This document shows, in pieces, positions 23,852 through 36,587 of a stretch of 64,000 bases of DNA. The notes beneath the pieces were generated by a model, which worked only from the letters and a program-made list of their open reading frames with translations, was not told the DNA's origin and ran no database searches. The stretch is taken from positions 134,726,001-134,790,000 of the forward strand of contig NC_043000.1 in NCBI RefSeq assembly GCF_006345805.1, given 5' to 3'. Position 1 is the first letter of the stretch; every line of letters starts with the position of its first letter. The DNA is from Octopus sinensis. Taxonomy: Eukaryota. Both the position numbers and the translations under genes were made by a program.

Positions 23852-25190
23852 TATGTTTAATACACACATAACCACTCTACAAGAGTATAGACTTACCTCA
23901 GCTGTTACCACATGCTAAATAAGATTAGAGTATATATATTATGATTTCACTTAGGCCTAACAATATTAATAAGCAAAAATTACAACTCGGTATACATATA
24001 TTTTAAGGTAAAGCATTAGCTGAGCACAGAATATATTATTAATTAATGAATGACAAAAGGAGTCACGTAATCATCTTCATTAGCTGTATAGGGATTATGT
24101 GACTTCTGTTCTCTTATCATTCATTAAATTAATGTATATATTTTTAGGCAAGCATGGAAAGCAAAAAAGATGATATATAAATATATATATATATATATAT
24201 ACATATATATATACACACACATATATATATCATCATCATCGTTTAACATCTGTTTTCCATGCTAATATATGTATGTATGTGTGTGTATATATATATGTAC
24301 ATATATGTGTGTGTGTGTATGTGTATAAGACACAAACATACGCACATGCTCATACATGCACCAACATATGGAATGTGCAAAAGAACATGTTTTAGTTTTC
24401 AATATTGACAAAAGCTTTAATTATAAAAGCAACATTGCCAAGTATTTACATTGCATTAGATACTTGCATGCTGTAAATGAAGTTTTATGTGTTAATGAAT
24501 GCCCTACTTATAGGGCACATTTAAAAAATAAAAAATTGGTGTTCTGTCAGTTACGACAAGGGTTCTAGTTGATCTGATCACTGGAACAGCTTTCTCATGA
24601 AATTAGCATGCAAGTGACTGAGTACTCCACAGATATGCGAACCCTTAGCATAGTTCTCTGGGAGATTCAATGTTAATTACAGGTACAACTTATTTTTGCC
24701 AGCTTAGAGGAGCGACATGACGCATCACCAGGAATTGAACTCATGACCTTGTGCTCGTGAATCAATTACCCAAACCTCTAAGCCATGCACCTTCACAAGG
24801 CACAGATACAAAGAAAAATAACAGGATTCATGTTCCACTTGTAGCCTTCAGCTTTATCTCCGTCTAAGTGGTTGAGTTTCAACACTACTAAAATCAACTT
24901 TGCTCTTCATCCTTTCAGAGTCAATATAATAAAGTACCAGCTGAGTACTGAGTACTAAGTACTGACTGGCCTCCTCCTCTTCTTCCTCTTAAATTTGCTG
25001 ACCTGGTGTCAAAATTTGAAACAGTTATTTAGAGTTGTATTCACTTAGAGATACATTGTTAAATGACTTAAAAGCAGTTTTTGTCAAAGCTTGAATTTGA
25101 TTACTGCAATTTTCTGCTTCATATTTTGCACATATGTGATAAAATTTCTGGAAAAAACTAGAAGTTAATGACAAAAACGATGTGTTATTT

Positions 25191-25434
25191 AGGTCAATAA
25201 ATACTTGTCATTACATGTTTAATCAACCAAATATGAACCATTTTGTTGCACAATGCATCTCCATCTTTCCATTAACTTGAAAATGCCCTCTTCCCAGAAT
25301 TGAGGTGGCTTCATGGCAAAGAATTCATCAAGGTATCTTTTTACATCATCCAAGAAATTGAAATCTTTACCATTAAGACTATTCTGCAGAGACCTGAATA
25401 AGTGGAAATCCAAAGGAGCAATATCTGGTGAATA
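25191..25434 (-). mobile_element. Mariner C-terminal fragment fused to a SINE head (25433-25531)
   Basis: YSPDIAPLDFHLFRSLQNSLNGK; near-copy of 23563-23806. Confidence 0.85.
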
Positions 25435-26099
25435 GCAGAAGACACTTGCCCAAGATGCCATGCAGTGGGACTGAACCCGGAACCATGTGGTTGGTTAGCA
25501 AGCTACTTACCACACAGCCACTCCTGCGCCTGGATTCTCCCATCAAAGATGATGTATGAACGTTGAGCTTTTGCCAAACGACCTGCACAAATGATTTGTT
25601 TATAGTAATCAAATGTTCATGCCTCACATTAGCTCACTCTCTCCAAATCATCATTGTCTGAACAGGTGCACAGTGTACCACATGTGTCAGGTGTCAAAGT
25701 GATTGCAAAGCAATGTGAGATGAGGTTTTTTGCTCGAGAACATAATGCACCACCTGATCTAGGAATTGAAACTATGATTGATAGATTATGAGTACAACAC
25801 CCTAACCATTAAGCCATGTGCCCTCACACACACCCATCTAGCTATGCAGGTTCCATTAACCCATTCAAATCTCTTTGTGTTATGTAGTGGCAAGGGATTT
25901 AAATGGGTTAAATGGACGGTGCTGAGTTATCAAACATTTAAACCAAATTTTCTCAAAACAACTTGTCCGACCGTCCCATAGGCCTCCCCTTTGAGAAACA
26001 CTGATTTAACCTAAATTTGAGATACCAGCAAAAGAAGAAATAAAGATAGACTTTTTATCTATTCCAAAGAAAAACGATTTTATTCACACAAATATGCAA

Positions 26100-26340
26100 C
26101 CGAAGAGTTTAAAGTACCAGTTAGTACATCGCAACAGCTGATGTACTTGCGAGTACAAATGTACATTCCCAGGGCTTTATCGATCGCATTCTCACCTGGA
26201 ATCGATTTTTGTAATTTTTTCAAGACTTATACATGCCCTGATACTGTCGGTGTCTACATATCAAATTTGAGCGCAATCGGATGGAGGATGCCCAAGATCC
26301 TAGAAGACTCACAGACAGACAGAATGGATTGGCTTTAGGA
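26100..26340 (+). mobile_element. Helentron/DINE-1-like non-autonomous element fragment
   Basis: CAAATTTGAGCGCAATCGG...ACAGACAGACAGA end motif. Confidence 0.45.
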
Positions 26341-26599
26341 AGGGCATATGGCGTTAGGAAGGGCTGATGGCGTTAGGAAGGGCATCCAGCTGTAGAAACA
26401 TTACCAGATCAGACTGGGCCTGGTGCAGCCTTCTGGCTTCCCAGACCCCAGTTGAACCGTCCAACCCATGCTAGCATGGAAAGCGGACGCTAAACGATGA
26501 TGATGATGATATATATATATATATACATTGATGTATTTAAGGATGGTCATTTTTGTTTTGTCAAATAAACACACGAACTATATATTTGTTCTTCACTCA

Positions 26600-27990
26600 T
26601 TTATTACTGTTCTTATTTTATTATTGTAACTCATGTCCATTGTCTGGAGACAATGCCCAGCCAAGAGTTTTTTAATGTCGGGGAACAGATGATAGACAGA
26701 TGGGGGCCACATCAGGAGAATGAGGAGGGTGATCAACTAGTTCAAAGCCACAGTCATGCACACCAGCCATTGAAAGCAAGAATTTGTGTGCTGGAGCATT
26801 GTCCTGATGAAACAAGATCCCTTTTGTCAGTTTCCCTTGGCATTTGGTCTTGAAAGCTTTTTGTAACTGCCTCAGCAAGTTGGCATAGTACTCTCCATTA
26901 ATGGTATAGCCTTTTTAAGGTAGTCAATAAACACAGTGCCTTTTGCATCCCAAAGAATTAAGGCCATCACTTTCCCTGTGGATGAAATGACCCTGGACTT
27001 CTTTAGAGCAAGTGAGGAGGGGTGTTCTCACTGCAAGGATTGTCTCTGGCTCAAAGTAATGAACCAAACACTCATCCTGGATTAGTAACTGTTTAAGGAA
27101 ACCAGCTGGATCTGCCTCAAACAATGTCAGATTTTCCCATGATGTGATCTAGCTGGTATACTTTTGATCAGGTGTCAGAAGAAATGGCACCTACTGAGCA
27201 GAAACCTTCATCATGCCGAGTTCATTGTGCAGAATATTCTCAACTCTTTCATTTTTTTTTCCCGCCCTTTTCAAGCCTAGCCAGGCTCATGGGCCTGGTT
27301 TCCTGGTTTCTGTGGCGTATGTGTTCTCCCCAGCTGGACGGGACACCAGTCCATCACAGCATTACTCAAGAAACAGGAAGAGAGAGTGAGAGAAAGTTGT
27401 AGCAAAACAGTACAACAGGGGTCGCCACCACCTCCTGCTGGAGCCTCGTGGAGCTTTTAGGCGTTTTCACTCAATAAACACACACAACGCCCAGTCTGGG
27501 AATCGAAACCACAATCCTCCAACCGTGAGTCTGCTGCCCTAACCATTGGGCCATTGCACCTCCACCAACTCTCTCATGGGACATGCAAATAGCGTTAGGT
27601 ATTTGATTTATAGTCAATTGCTTGTCATCCTTCTCCATGTGGTGCAGGATGTCCAGATCTTGGGTCATCTTCAAGACTCTCCCTTCCCATCTTAAATTCA
27701 GCTGCCCACTTTTGCTCTGTTGATTAAGCTGGAGCATCACTTCCTAATGTAGTAATCATGTCAGCATGGATGTTGTTGGAGGCAAAAGCTGTTTTTCTTT
27801 TCAGGTACTTTATAACACCACGATGCCAAATTTTGTCCATTTTCAAGAGAGTACTTCTAGTTACTTTTTTGAAGAGTCAGATGTCAGTTTACCTGGAAAG
27901 AAACAAAGCATTGAAATTAATGCATGCAAGATTTTACAACTCTAGCATCACTTCTTCATAGTCAGCCTGTGAACTTTTCAGGTTCCAACC
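26600..27990 (-). mobile_element. Degenerate mariner transposase interrupted by a SINE
   Basis: MDKIWHRGVIKYL...KWAAEFKMGRESLEDDPRSG; GILFHQDNAPAH; HPPHSPDVAP. Confidence 0.85.
27253..27566 (-). mobile_element. SINE family 3 inserted in the mariner
   Basis: V-domain-like GCTGTGATGGACTGGTGTCCCGTCCAG. 12-bp TSD with one mismatch, CAACTCT(T/C)TCAT, at 27241-27252 and 27566-27577. Confidence 0.8.
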
Positions 27991-28324
27991 AATCTGTGAC
28001 CCAATATGTTTGACCTATTGACAATAGCTGAAGGGTCTTAGTTCGTTGTACCTAGCAAATGGACCACTGGCCCTGAAACACACACACATACATAAAAGCT
28101 TACTGCTAATTACCCTCATAATCCAAGTCTTTATATACCAGTAGGCACACTTATACTTGCACACATACATTTATACTTACAGACCTTATACAGATTAGTA
28201 ACTCTATGTACAGAAATACCTAGATATAAGGAGCTACATTCTCATATAAGTAGATACATATGCAAAGAAAACAGAATGTATCCGTACATCTATCATCATC
28301 GATGTCATCATTGCCGTTGTCGTC

Positions 28325-30210
28325 GTCATCATCATCATTATCATTTAACATCTATTGTTCGTGCTGGCATGGGCTGGATGGTTTGAACAGGGCTGGTAAG
28401 CTGGAAGGATGCACTAGAATCCAGTTTGATTTGGCATGTTTTCTATGGTTGAATGCCGTTCCTAATGCCAACGACTCTAAGAGTGTAATGGGTGCCTTTA
28501 TATGCCACTGGAACAGCTACCATTTGTCTTACACTGGTATCTGCCATGATTGCAATTTTGCTCAGCTTCATGGGTCTTCTTCTCGAGTATGATATAATGT
28601 CAAAGGTGTTGGTCATTGCCTCAACGAGGCCCTATGCTCAAAAGGAAATCAGTCACTTTGCCACCGTGAGGTCCAATGCTCGAAAGGACTCAGTCACTTT
28701 GTCTCTGTTAGGCCCAACACTCAAAAGGAACTCAACCACTTCACCTCTGTGAAGCCCAATACTTGAATGGTGCTCTTTACATGACACCAATATCAGCCAT
28801 GACTACGATTTAGTACTACTAACTTGACAGGTCTTCTCAAGCACAGCATATCGCCAAAAGTCTCGGTCACTAGTCATTACCTCTGCGAGGCTCAAAGTTC
28901 GAAGATCATGCTTCACCACTTCATCCCATGTCTTCCTGGGTCTACCTCTACCACAGGTTCCCTCCACAGTTAGAGATTGGCACTTCTTTACACAGCTGTC
29001 CTCATCCATACATATCACATGATCATACCAGTGCAGTCATCTCTTTTGCACACCACATCTGATACCTCTTATGCCTAACTTTTTTCTCAAGATGCTTACA
29101 CTGCGTTGAATATGCACACCGACATTGCATATCCAGCGAAGCATACTGGCTTCATTTCTTTCAAGCCTACGCATGTCCTCGGCTGTCACAGCCCATATTT
29201 CACTGCCATGTAGCATGGCTGTTTGCACACAGGCATCATACAATCTACCTTTCACTCTGAGAGAGAAGCCCTTTGTTGCCAGCAGAGGTAGGAGCTCTCT
29301 GAAATTTACTTAGCCTAATTTTATTCTCACAGTTACGTTCTTGGAGAATCCTACTCCACTACTAACTTGATCATCTAGATAATGGAAACTATCTACTACC
29401 TCTAGCTTGCACCCTCTGGCATTTGATGGAATCTATTTTCTGCACATTTTCAGCATTTCTGTACCTGTGCATCGTCCACATACAAAAGCTAGTTTCCCTG
29501 TTAACCTCCCTCTGATATTGCTGCACCTTTTATGTGTCCAAAGCTTAAACTGGGTGCATCTTATGGAGTTTCTACCTTTGCCTTTTCTACTGATCGAGCA
29601 GGGCCATCTACCTGAAGGGACTTGTGATTTGTCTGCCTTCCTGCTTACTAAGACTTTGGTTTTTGCTAGGTTAACTCTTAGTCCCTTTGATTATAGACCT
29701 TGCTTACATACCTGGAACTTCTCTAGTTCAGGTAGTGATTCAGCTATAAGAGTGAGGTCATCAACACAGAGGAGCTCCTAGAGGCAGCCTGTCTTAAATT
29801 CCTCTGTTATTGCCTGGAGGACTATGATGAACAAGAGGGGGCTGAGCGTCGATCCTTGGTGAACCCCTACTTGTACCCTGAGTTCTTTGCTGTACTCATT
29901 GCCAACCCTCACCTTACTTGTAGCATCCCTGTACATAGCTTGTACAGCTCTCACCAACCACTTGTCTATCCCTAGTTACCACATTGACTACCAGATCAGG
30001 GGGCCCTGTCAAAGGCTTTCTCAAAGTCAACAAAGGCCAAATAAAGGCCAAATCTTTGGCTATATATTTCTCTTGCAGCTGTTTTGCCAGAAATATAGCA
30101 TCAGTGGTGCTTCTCCCAGGCACAAAATCAAACAGCATCTCATCTAGGCTAACTCTCTCGCTAATTAGTTGGGCTATGACTTTCTCTGTAACTTACATCA
30201 CCTGATCCAA
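28325..30210 (-). mobile_element. Degenerate RTE LINE (longest RT coverage in the window)
   Basis: DFVPGRSTTDAIFL, GVHQGSTLSPLLF, ELLCVDDL (decayed YADD), GRGRPRKTWDEVVKHDL, and 3' tail. Confidence 0.9.
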
Positions 30211-30534
30211 CAATTTGATACCTCTGTAATTATGTGAATATAAATGCATTTACACATGCTGTATATTATACTTGCAAGTACATGTAATTTAGTGTTGTCA
30301 TTCAATAAAATTCGAGATAACAGATATTTGCTGTTATCTATGTACACATGTTCACACACATATCTGCCCTAAGATTCTAATATTAAAATGGCTTACATTT
30401 AGCCTGGTGGAGCCTCCTGGCTTGCCAGTCCTCAAACAAACCATCCAACCAATGTCATCATGGAAAACAGATGTTAAAAGATGATGATGATAATGACCTG
30501 TCTGTCTAGCTATCTTTCCTTCTGTCTGTCTATT

Positions 30535-30663
30535 TACACACACACACACACACACATACATATATCAACCTACACACAAAAAGACACATGCATATAAGTA
30601 CAAATGTATTTACAGATGTACACACACACAAACACAAACACACACACACGTGCACACACACTT

Positions 30664-30714
<51 letters not shown>

Positions 30715-30725
30715 TGCACACACAT
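30535..30725. repeat. (CA)n-rich microsatellite
   Basis: Direct reading. Confidence 0.95.
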
Positions 30726-30949
30726 GCATATTTCATAAGGAACTTTCAGTTTCCAAACATGTTGCCTTTCCCATAAATAGAAAATAACAGTGAAATGATT
30801 TATACTATAATCAATACATTTATATGAAATTTGAAGCTTAACACATTGATATTTTAAAGTTGTTTTTAGTTGATGAAACAGAGAAATTGAAGTTACGTGT
30901 CAAAACAAACATTTACTCAAATACTAAACTTCTTTGTCTATGGCTGTGC

Positions 30950-31318
30950 AATATATTGGGTCATCCCATAAATAATAACTCTGAGCACCTCTTCAAACTC
31001 CACCCATCTAACACCCGTGGACATATTTACAAAGTAAGAAAACAGCACAGCTCCCATGACTTCAGGAAACATTTTTTCACGCTGAGAGTTGCTGAAGCGT
31101 GGAACAAACTGCCGGCATCGGTTGTTAGTTGTCGGAGCACTGCATCCTTCAAAACTTCCATGCTTCCTGAGATTCGCCAACACTACACTTGATACACACA
31201 CAAGCATGTTCACTTTCCAGACATTTCTACACTACTGCATGTACTTTATATGCACTTTCTGACAAGTTGTGGTGCATCTGAGCACTGTATACAATAATTT
31301 CATTATATTATATTATAA
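30950..31318 (+). mobile_element. CR1-clade LINE 3' end
   Basis: SNTRGHIYKVRKQHSSHDFRKHFFTLRVAEAWNKLP; TGAGCACTGTATACAATAATTTC tail. Confidence 0.85.
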
Positions 31319-31617
31319 TGCAGTTTTTTCAATTGCATGAATTAAAAGTTGGAAGAGGACAGGATGAACTACTTGCATCAACTTGCTATAAAAGCAGGTA
31401 GTATTTATTCTTAGTGCAAGTTTTGAAGAGTACAGTTCGATTTTAACACTTATTTTTTCAAAGCTATAATGTATTTCTTTACTACCCACAAGGGGCTAAA
31501 CACAGAGGGGACAAACAAGGACAGACAAACGGATTAAGTCGATTATATCGACCCCAGTGTGTAAATGGTACTTAATTTATTGACCCCGAAAGGATGAAAG
31601 GCAAAGTCGACCTTGGC

Positions 31618-32670
31618 GTGGAAGTGACAAAGGAATATATTCAACATATTTTGATTTATGAGATCAATAAAGGCAACAATGCAATGAAAGTGCAAGGAAT
31701 ATTAATGCAGTGTATGGGATGGGACAATAAGCATAAGCCAGTGTCAATGGTGGTTCCAGAAATTCTGAGCTGGAAACTACAGCCTAAAAAACAAGTCTCG
31801 TCCTGGAAGATCTGTAGAGCTTGACATGGATATCTTGTAAACTCTGGTGGAACAAAATCCCATCGTAATTGTTGAGAAACTAGCAGATAAGCTTTGATTT
31901 GGTAATTCAACAATTCTTTGATACCTGCTTGCCATTGGGAAAGTCAGCAAACTGGGTCAATGGGTTCTGCATAAATTTTCTGAGTCTAATCACATGCAGA
32001 GAGTGAAGGTGTGTTCTTCTTTGCTGTCACGTCTCATGAATGAACCTTTTTTGGACTGAATAGTGACCGGTGAAGCAAAATGGGTTCTCTATAAGCGCCA
32101 AAGACTGTGGGTAGGGAAAGGAGAAATACCTGCTCCACAGATTAAAGAAGGTCTTCACCCATGTACGGTGCTGCTATTTGTTTGGTGGGATATGAAAGGT
32201 TTAGTCCATTTTGAACTCTTAAACACAAAACAAACGATTAGAAAGGAGATCTACAGCGAGCAGCTTCAGTGGCTTAAGTCAGCGATAGAAGAAAAACAAC
32301 AATCTTTGGTTTCAAAATGAAAGTTGTTCTCTCATCAGGATAATGCTCAACCACATACAGCAAGGATGATGTTCTAAAGGCTGGAGCAGTTTGAGTGGGA
32401 AACGATACCCCACCCACTATATTCACTGGACATTGCCCCATCTGATTATCATTTATTCCACAGTCTTCAGAATCATTTTGATGGAAAAAATATAAATTCT
32501 GTAGAGAAGGTCAGAACAGTAGCAGAGAAATATTTTTTGTCATGGACAAGTGAATTTTGGAAGAGGGGCCTTGCAAGTCTACAAGATAGATGGAAGAGTA
32601 TTATAGAAAATGAAGGAGAGTATATTTTAGATTAAAAAAGAACTTAGTTTATCTTAATTTTGAAAAATAA
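31618..32670 (+). mobile_element. Degenerate mariner transposase; 5' end replaced by a SINE (31470-31617)
   Basis: EVTKEYIQHILIYEINKG, VTGEAKW, VWWDMKG, HQDNAQPH, HPLYSLDIAPSDYHLF. Confidence 0.85.
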
Positions 32671-33009
32671 AAGAAATTATCCAGCAACTCAAGCTAATAC
32701 AAATGAGCCTGGTCTGTGTAAAAGACTAACTGGTATAGCTTGTCAAGAGTACAGGCGACAGTCGGATCCATGATGTTTGTTGTGCACTCTGCTGTTGTTA
32801 TTTGATTGCTGTTATTCTGTGCATCTGTGTATAAAGATCAGTTGTGCTTTGTAGGGTTGCTTTATTTTTACCCTTAACTTAGAAATGAAGAAAGACATAC
32901 TGCTAGATATAAAAAAATAAGCTATTTGGGACTAGACATATTGCAAGAAATCATGAAATTCTTTGAGCAGACATGTGTCTTATGTGAAATCTGTGAAACA
33001 TTTTTTCAT

Positions 33010-33490
33010 GCTAAGAGTTGCTGAAGTATGGAACAAACTGCCGGCATCAGTTGTTAGTTGTCGGAGCACTGCATCCTTCAAAACCTCCATGCTTTCTGAG
33101 ATTCGCCAACATTACACCTGATTTTCTCCCCTCCATACACACGCAAGCATGTATCTGACTCATACACTGTTTATTTCCCGGATATTTGTACATTACTGCA
33201 TATGCTTTATACTTACTTGTACTTGTGGCAACATTCACCCTGGGCGGGTTGAGTCGGCTTCTTCTACCACCCTCGAGGCATCTTGAACCATGGCAGCCCA
33301 TGCACGACAGTCCTGCGCCAGTTCACTGGAGATAGTCAGCCAGTCATGGTTCCATCGGCGCAGGCCGACCACCTGCGGTCCCGTGAGCACAGAGAAGTCC
33401 TCCTTGATCGTCATAACCCAGGTCTTCAGCTGCCCACCTGTTGTGGTGCACCTGAGCACTGTATACACTAATTTCATTATTATTATGAGC
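33010..33490 (+). mobile_element. CR1 3' end interrupted by a second-family RTE fragment
   Basis: CR1 tail matches the 45175-45430 portion of the next CR1 copy on both sides of an insert at 33212-33439. Confidence 0.8.
33212..33439 (-). mobile_element. 3' end of a distinct RTE-clade LINE
   Basis: GQLKTWVMTIKEDF...ELAQDCRAWAAMV...DSTRPG* followed by a CAAGTACAAGTAAGTA tail. Confidence 0.7.
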
Positions 33491-33544
33491 CTGAGTGACA
33501 CTGATGACCTGGAGTCACCTCTGATATATATATTAATGTATATG

Positions 33545-33560
33545 TACATATATATATATA

Positions 33561-33620
<60 letters not shown>
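33545..33620. repeat. (TA)n microsatellite
   Basis: Direct reading. Confidence 0.95.
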
Positions 33621-33624
<4 letters not shown>

Positions 33625-33666
33625 AATAAATGAAAGAATGGAGTTGAACGACGATTTAACAAAATT

Positions 33667-33761
33667 CCTTTATTCTCGACATATGTTTCGAAGGCTGCAT
33701 ATTCCTAATTTCGAAGGAATAAGGGGTGCATTATGCCGCCTTCTCATCAGGAAAAACAAGG
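33667..33761 (-). ncRNA. Type I hammerhead ribozyme motif (minus strand)
   Basis: Reverse complement reads CCTTGTTTTTC-CTGATGA-GAAGGC...GCCTTC-GAAAC-ATAT-GTC-GAGAATAAAGG. Confidence 0.75.
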
Positions 33762-33846
33762 AACTTATGTCAGCATCATTATCGCTATGGGCTCCGTGTG
33801 GGCAGTCATCTAAGAGTTTTTGTTCATCTTGATGCTGACATAAGTT

Positions 33847-33941
33847 CCTTGTTTTTCCTGATGAGAAGGCAGCATAATGTACCCCTTATTCCTTCGAAAT
33901 TAGGAGTATGCAGCCTTCGAAACATATGTCGAGAATAAAGG
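33847..33941 (+). ncRNA. Type I hammerhead ribozyme motif (plus strand)
   Basis: CTGATGA 33858-33864; stem II GAAGGC/GCCTTC; GAAA 33919-33922; palindromic stem III ACATATGT; GTC cleavage triplet 33928-33930; stem I 33847-33857 with 33931-33941. Confidence 0.78.
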
Positions 33942-34125
33942 AATTTTGTTAAATCGTCGTTCAACTCCATTCTTTCATTTATTTGTATTAAAAAACACAC
34001 AAATTTCCACACGAAAGCACGTGATCTCTGCCCTTGGCATGTAGCTTCAACCGTGTTTTTCTGACATGAATTTGCTACCCAGGTATCAGTTAACCGAATT
34101 ATCCATACTAAGATAATTCATTCAA

Positions 34126-34170
<45 letters not shown>

Positions 34171-34181
34171 CACATACTTAT

Positions 34182-34400
34182 GGATGGAAATTCATAAATC
34201 CTTTAATGCATTGTAACATACATTTCCACAAACCACATGTTTATGTTGCTGTGCTCCCCATCCATAGGATATTACAAATATAATTAGCAATATCCATGGA
34301 TTTTAAGGGGAAATATTAATACATGCGTTTGTTTTTTCAGGCATAAAAATTGCATTAGTGACACGTGGCAATGCATTAAAGGATTTATGAATTTCTATCC
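34182..34400. mobile_element. Small MITE-like element with 32-bp TIRs
   Basis: 34182-34213 versus the reverse complement of 34369-34400: 31/32 identical. Confidence 0.55.
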
Positions 34401-34569
34401 CAAAGTTCTTGTCATTACTATTTTTATCCTATGCTGTAATTGCACCACACTAATAACCATAAAATTACTTTGGAAGATGGGGATTATAAGTTGTAACTGA
34501 AATAAATAACATAGGAGTGTTTTATAAGAGCACCCAAAATGTTTCACATAAACAAACTTAAAGGATACA

Positions 34570-34620
<51 letters not shown>

Positions 34621-34992
34621 ACACACACACACACGCACACACACGTGCACACACACACACACACACACACATGTTTTATTGTAGAGGGTGCTCAATTTGA
34701 GCATTTGTTACGATTAATTTCAATAAAGTGTTTTTGAAATGAATAAGGGTGTATTCTTTTAAAAAACCACGGTGGTGCGCAACTTCTGGGACACCCTGTA
34801 TATATATATATATGTATGTATATATGTATGAATGTATGTATGTATACACACAATCACACATACACACACACATACGGTGGGCTTCTTTCAGTTTCCATCT
34901 ACCAAATCCAATCACAAGGCTTTGGTCAGGCCGAGGCTAAAGTAGGAGACACTTACCCAAAGTGCTATGCAGTGGGACTGAACCCAGAACCA

Positions 34993-35036
<44 letters not shown>

Positions 35037-36555
35037 ATATGCGTGTGCATATGTGTGTTTGTAGGTTACTGTCTCCTTGCCGCTTGACATCACCTGACAA
35101 TTTTAAGTGTCCCTCATGCAAGTGGTGACACTTTTTCCCAGTCTTCTGGGACATGTCTGGACATGTCTGGGAAATATTACCTTACTTGGAAACAGATGAG
35201 GATAGGTGAGAGGAATGGCATCAGAGTGTATAAAATCTGTCTCAGCAAATTCAGTCTGATGCATCCGAGCATGGGAAAGTGGATACTAATTGATGGTAAC
35301 GCTGATGAATAACGAGAATGCGTGTGTGTATTTGTGTATTTGTATATGTGTGTGCACACATGCTCATGTGTGTGTGTGTGTACATGTGTGATTGTGTGCA
35401 TGCATGTGTACATGTGTTTGTGTGTACATGCGTGTGTATTTGTGTATGTGTGTGCATGCATGTGTGATTGTGTGCATGTGTGCGTGCGTGTGCGTGCATG
35501 CATGCATGCGTGTGTGTATGTGGAGTGTATGTTTGTGTATCCCTTTATTTTGATATTGCATGATGGTTCTAAGTGAGTGTGACTGTCATATGAGGAAATA
35601 TCTTGGTTGGAAACAGATGAAGGGCATCAACTTAACAAGTCCCATAAGATTCATGAAAGCATGAAAAAGTGGACAAAACAATGATGATGATGATGATGAT
35701 GATGATGACGACGACGGTCTGAGGAATTATAATCATGTTCGGTCTGAGGAATTATAATCATGATGACGACGTCGTCGTCGTCGTCGTCATGATTATAATT
35801 CCTCAGACCGAACATCTCTAACAATCTGTCATTCTCCTCTCGGATGGATCTGAAAGAATTTGTTGAGGCGGATATTCTACAGTCTTCATCTGTTTCCAAG
35901 TAAGGTAATATTTTCCAGACGTTATTTCGCCTGTTTTTACACTCTTGAGTTCAAATTCCGCTGAGGTCGACTTTGCCTTTCATCTTTTCAGGGTCGATAA
36001 ATTAAGTACCAGTTTCGTACTGGGGTCAATCTAATCGACTGCCCCCCCCCCCCCACCAAATTTCGGGTTTTGTCTGGAAAGAATACTTTCTAGACATGTC
36101 CAGACATGTCTCAGAAAACTGGGAGCAAAAGTCACCACTTGCATGAGGGGATACTTAAACTGTCAAGTGAAGTCAAGGCAAGAAGACAGTAACCTGCACA
36201 CACACTCACATATAGGTGTATATATATATATATATCATCATCATCATCGTTTAACGTCTGTTTTCCATGCTAGCATGGGTTGGATGGTTTGACGGGGTCT
36301 GGGAAGCCATGAGGCTGCACCAGGCTCCAGTCTGATCTGGCAGTGTTTCTACAGCTGGATGCCATTCCTAACGCCAACCACTCCATGTGTGTAGTGGGTA
36401 CTTTTTACGTGCCACTGGCACAGGTAGCAGGCGAAGCTGGCAATGGCCGCAATCAGTTGGTGCTTTTTACGTGCCACCGGCACAGTTATCACAACTACGA
36501 TTTCCATTGATTTTTTGATGTTGATGTACTTGATACAATAGGTCTCCTCAAGCAC

Positions 36556-36587
<32 letters not shown>

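Noticed and set aside
30352-30776. ORFs such as MCVCVCV.../HTHTHT... (also around 34395, 35177-35576, 51059, 57368)
   Set aside because: They are translations of CA/TA microsatellites.
33290-33832. 180-aa ORF
   Set aside because: Runs through antisense LINE, (TA)n and the hammerhead fold-back; chance open frame.
35651-35899. 82-aa ORF with poly-D and poly-H
   Set aside because: Built from SINE sequence, a fold-back and trinucleotide tails.
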